This document shows, one piece after another, positions 39,434-49,800 of a stretch of DNA of 64,000 nt. The stretch is from Podarcis gaigeae. Lineage: Eukaryota. The DNA is taken from the NCBI GenBank assembly GCA_964106915.2, contig OZ066915.1. One strand, written 5' to 3'. The notes under the pieces are model-generated. The model was not told the DNA's origin, did no database searches, and worked only from the letters and a program-made list of their open reading frames with translations. A program made the position numbers and the translations under genes. Position 1 is the stretch's first letter. Each line of letters begins with the position of its first letter.

Positions 39434-40508
39434 CCAGAATTGTTGCTATTACATTTGCACGGTCTGATGCATACACACATTTTCTTTCCTGTTAACAGAT
39501 GCAGCCTTAAAGGATGGGTACTCTTGGTTACCTTTATCAGGGCCCTAGGAAATTCCAAAATACACAGGCACCTGTTGTGGTATACATAGCCTGAGTGTTA
39601 CAGAAAGTGAGCCCTTTTGTAGCTAGTCTGTCTACTTAGTCCACCAAATGAGACTCACAAGGTCTCAGACCATTTTTGACAGTGTGTTGCTTGCTGTCAG
39701 ATATTTTCCGTACTTGGATGTGCTTGTAAGACACCATAGCCCCAGGAAGGAAGCGCTGTGCCTGTGCTCTCAGCTTTCTCTCAAGGGAATGGTGAAGATG
39801 TACTACCTGCCTGTGCTAAAGTTTGTGCTTTTCTAATCACTTATTCCCTCTCCAGGCTTTGCTGTGGTTTTCATGCAAGCACTTGTCTCCTTGGGCAGCA
39901 ATTACCTGTGAGAATCTCATTGGAGAGAGCGCAGCTAGCTTCATGTGACAGTTGTGCAAAGAAACAGGGGAGTTGTTTTTAAAGTAAATGCAAACTTTAT
40001 TCTCCTGCCAGGGAGGCTAATGGCCCTGTATAAGGAAAGGCAGGGGGGAGGTGGGTGCCAAGCACCTCCGCAAGCCTTATTTTATTCTGGATCTACAGTT
40101 TCTGGAGCTGAGCACTTTTGTGAGCGATATACACTCTGGATGTTGTGGACTGCAACTCCCATCATATCTGATCATTGGCCCTGCTGTCTGAAACTAACGG
40201 GAACTGTAGCCCACAATATTTGAGAAGCATCATAATGACTACCCCTGGTCTGCTACCTCAGCCCTCATACTTTTCAGGGGGCAGCTTTTGCCTCCCTAGG
40301 ATATCTGTAGGAATGACATGACACCTTTTGTTGAAGCCTTTTGGGCTTGCATTTAGAAAATGCTAGAAAGCAGCCTAGCTATCAGCAAACCTGTATCTAA
40401 GGCATGGAGCCAGGCAATAATTTGAAGACATGCTACTGGCACTTGGTTGTTCTGTTATTTCACCTGGTACTTCAGTTTTCCCTGAGATGTTCTGCCTGTC
40501 TGAAGCGT

Positions 40509-40584
40509 TGTTGTTGTTGTTGTTGTTTAGTCGTTTAGTCGTGTCCGACTCTTCGTGACCCCATGGACCAGAGCACGCCAGGCA
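40509..40584 (-). mobile_element. RTE-BovB-type 3' end fragment with (CAA)n tail and 12-bp TSD
   Basis: The minus strand reads ...ctggtccatggggtcacgaagagtcggacacgactaaacgactaaac(aac)n; TSD tgtctgaag(c/t)gt at 40497-40508 and 40585-40596. Confidence 0.85.
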
Positions 40585-41098
40585 TGTCTGAAGTGTAGTC
40601 CCGCTATTTCATTTTCATATACTAATGCAGTTCTTCCATGGGTCCAAATTTAGACATAGACCTGTATGATTCCTCAGCCCTTTTTGGCTACTTCATTCTT
40701 ATCTGATGTGCTGTTCCAGCCTCCTCTATCTTTTTTGGCCAGTCATTTTTCTGTATGCAAGGCAGGTAGGGATGAAAGCAGTAGCCACACTTTTTCTTTA
40801 AAAAATACCTTATGCTAGGGAGAATTACAGAACATGCCCCTGTGTTATTCCCAAGAAGCAGGTGTATGATTGAAGCCTTAAAATCATTGTTCATGTTTCT
40901 TACTTAATAATATTTCACAAGACCGGGAGGAAAGATGAGGAGATGCTTTTACTATTGTGTACATTAAGGCCATTTGTCCCTGAATTGGCCAGGAAGACAA
41001 GGATTATGTTCCAGTGGCAGTAACTGTAAACAGACTCTTATTCAAGAGATTTGTTCCTGGGGGCCAGAGTCAATTGCTTAGGTCTCAGGACACTTACA

Positions 41099-42066
41099 TG
41101 TGGGGTTAAGTTTCTTGGTGCACTTTGTAGAAATAGTGACGTTTCCAAGTCTATGGTTTTATTGATTCTTTTATTGACAAGTGCTTGCTAAGGGAGAACA
41201 GATTGTGCTTTATAGCTATTGATGAGACTTCTCAAGGGAAGAGTCAGAACAACTATAAAAGGCTGCTTTCCTAGATCCCAGCAGATTTTTCTTGTTATTA
41301 ATGCCAACATCCATGTGGGTGTAATTGGGGAGAGAATCATTGTCAGTGCGGAAGAAGGGACCCGGATTGTGGACAAGCACTTCTGGGAAGGACCTCCTTG
41401 CAAGCCAGCGGGAGGGCCAGGGTCCCCTGGGTGCAGCCGCGTGGCCACAGCCCAGCTACCGCCGTTGGCGCACATCCCTCCCCGGCCCTGCGGTGCCTTC
41501 ACACAAGACACCTCAGGTAGACAGTTAAGAGTTTAGGCGGCTTCAGTGGCAGGCGCCTGGCACCCCCCAGAATTCAGCGCCCGGGTGCCCCGCATCCCTT
41601 GCACCCCCGGGTAAAGACGGCCCTACCTAAAGAGACGGTTGCTGACACCAACTTCTAAGTGGCTTTTACCTCGAGCCAAATTCCACCCCAGTGAAATATT
41701 CCCACAACCCAGTCCAGCAACAGGGGACAGTCTGTGTCTACATCCCGAAGCTCCTCTGGTTGTATTTCTGGCTGCTTGGTCCATTTAGCCAACTTTAAAT
41801 ACCTGCTTGTGTAACCTTCCTCTGGTAAGACCTTTACACAGGGCAGCCTCTCAGAACAATGTAGCCACTGACTCCCTACTCCTGATCTTCAGGCCTCAAC
41901 ATTTCCCTCAACATATTTCTGGTCTCTCCCCACTCCCTCCCTCATCTGCTCCAATCCCCAACTGTCCAAATCACAACTGTCTCTCTATGACAAAATGATT
42001 TTGTATCTCTCCTCCTCTCACCTGTTACCAAGATCGCCTGCTACACAGACTTGCAACATCGTAACA
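41099..42066 (-). mobile_element. Solo LTR interrupted by a ~435-bp insertion
   Basis: TG...CA ends, two minus-strand AATAAA near 41158-41175, TTTAAA TATA-like box near 41795. Near-perfect 5-bp TSD ttaca (41094-98) / gtaca (42067-71). Confidence 0.65.
41190..41625. mobile_element. Truncated non-autonomous hAT-like DNA element with CpG-rich cargo, nested in the solo LTR
   Basis: The right end gcgcccgggtgccccgcatcccttgcacccccgggtaaagacggccct resembles CAGGGCCGTCTTTA-type TIR plus GC-rich subterminal repeats. The left TIR is absent, and GC/CpG content jumps relative to the flanks. Confidence 0.55.
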
Positions 42067-45000
42067 GTACAAGGGATCTAACTTTCAAAGAATGTTTTCA
42101 TTCATAAACAATCATAGACAGACATATATCTATATCTAGCAGCATTTCTCCACAGCCACCAACTTGGATAACTTTGAAAAAGGGTTAGACAAATTCATGG
42201 CAAGTAATGAATACTGGGCCACGATGGCTATGTTCTATCTCCATTGTTGGAGGCAATGGGCAAGATTCAACTAATGAGTCCCATCAGTGGAAGCCCTGCA
42301 CAAAGACCTCCACTTCTGCAATGAGTTTTGCCCCTCCCTATAGCATCCCTGAAAAGTGGCTCTGGAGGATTAAGAAAACCCCTGGAACAGCGCGTGGTGG
42401 GGTGGGGAGAGGAGATTGTTCCATCTGGCAAGACAAAAGACATGCCCTGACAGAAGGCTCATAAGAGTGTGGCATGAAATTCCTCCCACAATTTCTCTTG
42501 AATCCAGATCAACTTATGGTGCTTGTAGCCCTTATCTTTCAGCTCCACTACATGCCATGCTGAGAGGTTCCCCAAACTGCAATTAGAACCAATATTATTA
42601 ATAAAATAAGAATTGGAGTAATACTAGCTTAGCTTTGTTGCCTCAGAAAAAATAAATGTATGCACTTATCTTTGCTATTTGTGAATATGTGCTTGCTTCC
42701 TGGAGCCTGTGTAGTAGTCACTATTCTAACTGAAGAGCACATGAGTTGTGTATGGAATAATGTGATCATGCATAACATAAAGAATGCCAGAGATTTGGGT
42801 AATTGAACGTTTCTCATTTTCTAAAAACAAAACAATAATACTGGGAAAATTAGACCCAAAATTTTAGAAATAAATAATTGAACCTTAGAAGAATATAGTT
42901 GATAAGAAAACAAGCTTATCTGGTTTTACAATGAGCATTGGGTATCCAAACAACAAGAGGTTGGTGACCACATCTTCACAATTCTGTGAAATACAGAAAG
43001 CTGCCTTAAAGTGAGTCAACCCTGCATTTCAGAAAGGAATTTTCCTCAGTCCCGCTACCAAAAACCTTTAACTGGAGATGCCATGGATTGAACATGGGAT
43101 CTTCCACAAGGAAGCATGAGCTATGGACTCTCTATCAGATGCAACTGTGCTAAAAGGGGGCTTTAGAAGACATTATATATATGCATGCATCATTCTCTGT
43201 TTTTAAAAAATGTGCTTGGACTTCCTTGTATACTTTGCCATTGTCTGGACCCACAGATTCTAGCAGCAGGAGCTAAACTATTTACAGCAGGGTTGTTGCA
43301 GTGTAGCGGCATCACAGAACAGGACTTAGCTTAAAGAGCAACACCATCACCAAGGGGCTTACACTTCACAAGCTGCAGTGAAAGGAGAGGGAAACTTTCC
43401 ATCAAACATCTAATGTCCCCTTTGGAGTTATATTTAAGTTTGTTGACCACACACACAAAAAAAGCCTTAGGCACACTATGTTCCCAAAATGCAAACTTTG
43501 TTGTTCCTCATGCATCACTCATGACTGGGGATAGTAGTGCTGGAGGGGGCAGGTTTTAGTGCTGCCTTTATGGAAGTGCGGGGAGCTGGACCTAATGCTA
43601 GAAAAGCATCTGAAGAATAAAGGTGGTCTTTTAAAAGCACTCAGGTTTCCAGGCCAGTTACTCTCTTAACAATAAAGCGGTTCTTATTTGCGAACCAGGC
43701 AACACTAAGGGAGAATCAAACAAGAATAGCTAACAAGCACCAACATCCTGCAGAAATCTATACGGTATTCTACACCAGTATGTTAAGGACTGGATAAAGG
43801 TCTGGTAGTTGAAAGTGGAAAGAGGAGGGGGAGAAGGAAAGGTTCTGGAGGACCCAGAATGTGTCTTGGAGCCATTTATATAAGGGATGGCTATTTTTGT
43901 GTGTGCAGGGAGCTGAGGGCCACATTTATCCTTCTCAACCCTTCGGGACCACATACAGTACCAGTAGCAAATATGGACAAAAGTAGGTGTGGCCACATCA
44001 CACTCTCACATGCACACTATGATATGCACACTGTCATATGCATGCACACATACAGAGGACATAGACAGGCACATAGACTCCCTTCTCATCTGATCCATAC
44101 AAACCATTTGAGGGGAGGAGCTTATCACCGCTCTCCACCCATCACATGATTGATTTGTTGAGACGAGGGCCAGATGATTTGTATTTCTGTCCACTGCTCT
44201 ACTGTGTCTACTTTAATTAGACTTTTTTTTTCTGCCACTGCCAAAATTTGAGAAAAATTTCCTTTGGATGTAGGTGATTTCCGCCCCCCCCCAACTGGTG
44301 TTTAGCCACCCCTGATGTATATTATGTGTGTAACTGCCTCCTGTTAAATTTAAGGAGCTCACAAAGATCATTTTCCTACAGCACATGTTCAAAACATTGT
44401 TATTAGGAAGAGACTTTGGTTCAAGGGAACCACCCTGCTCCCTTTTTTCTTGATTCTTCCTAAACAAAGACTTCACTGCGGAGTATCCATGTAAAATCTG
44501 TCAATATCCACATAGCAATTTAGGGGAGGGGGGCTCTGTTCCACCTTTTGCTATAGATGAGTTCTGTAGTTTGAGTGAGCAGGCAGTAAGATATGTATGT
44601 GCAGGATATTTTCATGTCCCTGCTGGGTAAGCTGGTAACTGTAAGTTTATGAAATGCAAGAAGACACAGCTTGCCTCGTGCAAACATGAATGCATTATTG
44701 GCTGCCACTGGAAGCCCTTGCCCCAATCCAAGAATGGTTGAAGCATGCAAAGTGGGAACTACCCATCCACCCACTCACTCTAATCCGTTACATGTGTGCC
44801 TTGGCTTGCTCCTTGCTGGAGTGCTGCTGTTGTTATGAAGGGAATTCCACAATACATTTTTTTAAACAGCTGAGCATATAATCATGTTTTTATGACTTTT
44901 AATAGCAAGCTTGCCCTTGGCTACCTGTCTATCAAGTTTCAGCTGTTGTGTGATTCCATTCCTCCTCTCTTTTCTCTTCGTGTTTCAGTTTCAGTATTTA

Positions 45001-46233
45001 GTTACATACTAAATGCTGCTGTAGGAAACCCTAGAAGGAGTCTCTTTCAAAATTGGAAATGTTAACAAAGTTCTTTCATACAATCTTTGTATTCTACTTC
45101 TAAGCCTGTTAAGGGGAAAGCCATGACATTTCAGTAAGGGGACAGGATTGCAAGATAGGAGACATATTTTGTCCAGTAGAGGGCAATATGAATGCACTTT
45201 CCTCATGTCAACATTCTCTAAAGCTCTTTGGTTTAGCCAAAGAGAGTATGTGAAAGTATGTTTACCTATGTTTCCTAGTAAAGGTATCTTCTAATACGTT
45301 CCAGATATGTTCCAGATATTCCAACACACATTGTTTTTGCATTTCAAGCAGAGAATACATTTAGAGCTCAATTTTATGTTGGGCCACGGTGTTGAACAAA
45401 TGTTCTCAGGTCATTCTGTTGAGAAGGGAAATAACAGTGTGATCCAAATCATGGGCACCATGCCTACACTATTTTGCAATTGCTTTCCAATTTTGTAGCT
45501 ATAGTTTCTGTACTAACTTGTGACAAGTTACCACTAAACTTGGCTGGGGTTTGCTGCCTTTTTATTGAATGGAGATCAGAAAGCTCTTACTCTTCTTTCT
45601 TTTCTTAAAAATTCATCCATACTTTCCTGTGAGACAAGCCTAAGTCAATCATCCTGAGTTACTAGTAAATTTATTTAATTAGATTCAATCATGCAGTTTT
45701 CTTTCCTAAGAGGACCTAAGCTGTCAAAAGATTATTTCCCTGGAATAATCCAGTCTGATATGGGGGAAGGGGGTCACCGACTGTACAGAGACACCCCTTG
45801 CTCATGAAATCTCTCCCCAACTAGGAGGAACAGTTTGTCACTCTCTCAGGTCATCCAGGTAAGTAACTGTAGATACAGAGTCCTTAAGATAGAAGGGTTA
45901 ATACTGGTTTACTATCAACACAAGATTGGAAGAACAATGAATTAGAATGCTATTTAATGTTTCTTTTTCTAATGCATTAAATTATGATTTGCCTTCCTGA
46001 ACAATTCTTGCTTTAATAGCTACTGGTTTGCCAATTTTGCAGTTTGCTGATCTGGGTGGTCTTTAAGGATCTTGACAGCCAAGCATCTAAGCCTAGAAGC
46101 CAATCTCTGTTTGCTTTGCCTTCTTGAACGCTTTGGTGGGAATGAACACCACAGGATTGCTATTTTGGACCGTAGATTTATCTCCTAAACTATGTCTCTG
46201 GCCAAACCCACAGGTCTTAAATTAGTAAGATAA

Positions 46234-46321
46234 CATATGATACAGTCCATTATACAGTCAAAGCATATGATACAGTCCATTATACAGTCAAAGCATATGA
46301 TACAGTCCATTATACAGTCAA
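46234..46321. repeat. 30-bp minisatellite, about 3 perfect copies (AAGCATATGATACAGTCCATTATACAGTCA)
   Basis: Seen directly; ends ~245 nt upstream of the TEX264 terminal exon acceptor. Confidence 0.95.
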
Positions 46322-46566
46322 TGGATCCATTTAGCTTGGTATAGGCTTTTGCTGCTTATCACACTCTTAAACCCCTCCCCATGTCCTTGTGATATACTTT
46401 TTGGTGGGATGAAATTGCATAGATTTTTTTAAACTCCTATTGCTTGAAGAATCCAAAGTATGCTCAAATAAATGCAAGGGTGGAGATGTGTAGTGGGCGC
46501 TTCTTCATGGTTCTGAGTTTATAATCTTTCCCCAGTATTAACTCTTTGTTCTTCTTTTACATAAAG

Positions 46567-46889
46567 GGGCCGACACCTTAAGTGAGAACAGCTCTGTCAG
46601 CTTGGAGACTACAACCAACAGCAGAGATACTTCAGTGGCTACCTCCATCTTGTCCCCCTTCACGTCTGGCCACAGCCGAGATGAGGTGGACAATCGCAGT
46701 GAGCACAGTTACAGCGAGTCAGGGGCTAGTGGCTCCTCCTTTGAGGAACTGGACTTGGAAGGCAATGGTGATGGTGATGGAATGGCAGGTCTGTCGGCTG
46801 ACCTTGGTTCTGTTGAAGACCAGGACACCGCCAAGGCCAAATGGACCAAGGAGCCTATTGCCCTGGAGAAAGAAAGGGGCGAAGAATAA
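46567..46889 (+). CDS. TEX264: TEX264 terminal coding exon (acidic/Ser-rich disordered region with LIR motif FEEL), stop TAA at 46887-46889
   Basis: Polypyrimidine tract ctctttgttcttcttttac plus ataaag acceptor ends at 46566. The phase-1 join restores G-ADTLSENSSVSLETTTNSRDTSVATSILSPFTSGHSRDEVDNRSEHSYSESGASGSSFEELDLEG...EKERGEE*. RSEHSYSESGASGSSFEELDLEG matches recalled human TEX264; FEEL is at 46740-46751. Confidence 0.96.
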
Positions 46890-46890
46890 A
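46885..46890 (+). terminator. Candidate polyadenylation signal AATAAA overlapping the TEX264 stop codon
   Basis: GAA GAA TAA A gives AATAAA, followed by U/GU-rich tracts. Alternative AATAAA hexamers are at 47809, 50033 and 51173; actual usage is unknown. Confidence 0.35.
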
Positions 46891-49800
46891 GCCATTTCTT
46901 TTCTTGTGTTTCTTGGGGATTGGAAAGAGAAACTGATCATTTCTCTTGCTTCTTTTCTGTCCAGCCAAAAGATTTCGGTCACTAATCTATGTCCTACTCT
47001 TTGTCTGCAGACAAGTATTTGGGGTGTTATAAAGGCAGAGCAGTTATATCCAGGGGAATTGTAGCTGGTTTCCACTCTCCTGTAGCCAGACTTAAAGATT
47101 TGTGCTGTAACAGGAAACTGGGAGTGGGATGGTGTGAAGTAGTGCTGGGGAGCTTCAGTGTTGAACAGCACAGTGTATTTCAGTATGTGGTTGTATAAGA
47201 GTCAGTGCATAACTATGCAGAGATCACTCTTCATGAGCCTGTAGATGCATTTGCGTGTAGACTGCCCTCTTGCATCTCTTTACTGCTTCCTGCGCTCCTT
47301 CCCATTTACCCCTAATCAGACTGTTTCTGTGCAACTCACACACATTCATTGGCACCACATCTATTGACACCAAAGAGCAGTAGTTACATTTGAAATTGAA
47401 AACTGTAGTGCAAACCTTTAACCCTTAAATGGATGCCTGAGTTTTCTTGATCAGTAATGCACTTAACAGCTTCCCTTTCAAAGGTTAAAAGTTTCTGAGC
47501 AGGATTATTATGATCCCAAACACTCACATGTTGCTTCTGCTCCCTTTCCTATTCTTCTTCACTTGCCTGTGCAACCCACTTTCACTGTCTTCTCTCTCTT
47601 AGATTACATGATCATGCACATACAACTGTAGTACCCGTTAACATTTTATGCTATGCCTCCAGGAAGTGAACTTGAGAAGTTCCTTGTCTAGTTTCAGATA
47701 TATATATATTTTAAGTCCACATGAAAGGAATAGCCATCACACTTGACATAAATGGTGTCCTCTTCCTGCATTCTCAGCAAAGAGGTTGTGGAGAATGGGT
47801 ACTATTGCAATAAAACAGGGCAACAATACAACAGAAATGACACAACCATGTTTTCTCCAGTGCTGATTCTCAGAGACTGTGATGCAGTGGAAGGAATGGA
47901 ATGGAATATTCTTGTGTTCAGTGCAGTGAAGTGACAGATTTGCTATAATATCCCAGATATAGTGGTAACCATAGTGGGTTTGACATAGTGTTGTGTGCCA
48001 GTGTTGGAAGTTTATATTTTAGTTCTTCTCACAATTTCTGCATATTCTTCTGGAACAAATAATTTCCACACAGAGAAACAAGTTACAGAGTCTACCCTTA
48101 ATGCAAGATAAGAATTTCTATAGATTTCATTGCAGTACACCCCTTAGAAGGATGAAGTGAAGATGGTCTTTATTTTACATTGGTAATAATATCTGGAAGC
48201 TGGGCTGGGTCAAACCTGCCTCCATCAAAACCACCCTGAGGGCTCTGTACCAGATTTTTCACTGCTGTCACTCTAATGAAGGTCTTGTTACTGAGAAATC
48301 AACTGATGAAAATCATGTCACACAGTCTGAATTCAGAGCTCTATTGTGGGTTAAGGAAGGCATCAAGGCCACAGGAGGAAAGAAATACATATGTGTGTGT
48401 ATTTGGGGTATGTGTGTGAAATATTGGAAAGTTCTAATGCTCCCCACCATATTCTTCATACTCTTGCTTACATCCTATCTTGAAGGTCTTGGATCAATGG
48501 CTCACTCTGTTTCTTAATGGAATTGGATCCATATAGTGGGCAGAGATGTTCGACGTTCAGCCACCTTCAAGACCTTCTTTGTTTCTGAGCATTGACTCAG
48601 CCTGGTGGGAAATCAATGGGATGCAGTGTTAGAACCTTCTCCCTTGGGCTGTGTGGTCCATAAGGCTGCTAACTCCCTCCTCCAAGCAATCACCATTGAT
48701 TCCTTCCTTTCTTCTTTGTGCTGTTGTTGCTGTGGTCTGTAACCTTTATATTTCTCTTCTGGCTTACTATTCCTTGGTATTTAATTCTATGTTCATGTTC
48801 CCCCAATCCTGATTTACCATGATATCCAAATCAGTAATTTCACTTTAGCTACAATGTCCCTGAAATTAGCAGGGATGATGCAAGCAGACACATGTTCAAT
48901 ATATGGGCAGCTGGATATGTTCCATCCCCATTGTGCCTGGATTCTGTATAACATTCTCACACATGCTATCGGCTAGCTTTCCCATCCACCTAGATATTAA
49001 CTTCATTCACTGGCACTGCACAGCTGATGTTAGTATGGTACATGGAATTACTTGAATGAGCATCATTCCAGCTATCCCAATTTAGCACCCAGTAGATTTT
49101 GTTGTGCCCATTGCTGAGCATGGCTTCCAAATGTGCAGCATAGAGCATCTGTTCATATATTTCTACATGTGAGTATATCTATATGCAAATGAGTGTATAT
49201 GTCCACAAGTACCCTTGGGTATGTGTGATGGTTTGTGCACTTGTGAGCGCCTGGGTCTTCTCACTTTGTGCATAGACCTGTGTGCACATGTGCACAGACT
49301 CGGAGACAGAACAGACACGGCACCATAAATGAAATTGCAATGAATGGTGTCATGTTTAATTTGGACCTCATACTGTGGTCTTCCCATTTTCCATATGCAT
49401 AAATGCTCCTTTTTCTGAGTAATAGGGATGTAATTAGAACATAGGAAGTTGCAGGACTAGCAGAAGACATATAGACAGGACTGTATTATGGCTTTCCTCA
49501 TATTTCATTTGACAGATACAAAAATACTATTCTCTCTGTTATATAGAATAGGGGAAGCAGGTAAAATATCTTCAGCTTATAATAACTGCTGCTTGTTAGT
49601 GAATTCTGAAGTAATGGAGGCAAAGACACCAGCATCAATTACTTGTTTATTTCCCCCCCATGATAGCTTGTTTGTATAAAGCTTGTTTACCTCCCATTGT
49701 GAATACACATATGGGAGGACATTACAAATCCTCTTGTGTGTGCCATGTGCATACACATATACATGATTGTAAGTTACATCATTTCTTGTTTGTGTGTGTT

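Larger units (their letters stand above)
15591..46566 (+). other. TEX264: TEX264 last intron (30,976 nt, GT-AG, phase 1)
   Basis: Lies between the two identified exons; reading frame and protein homology are continuous across it. Confidence 0.9.

Noticed and set aside
46234-46321. 30-bp direct repeats as a CRISPR-like array
   Set aside because: Head-to-tail repeats with no spacers, in vertebrate DNA.
46582-47064. 160-aa +1-frame ORF overlapping the TEX264 terminal exon
   Set aside because: It starts at GTG directly after an in-frame TAA (46579-46581), so it cannot be reached from the 46567 acceptor; it is a shadow ORF.
46719-47171. 150-aa antisense ORF over the terminal exon
   Set aside because: Antisense shadow of real coding sequence; non-ATG start and no recognisable homology.
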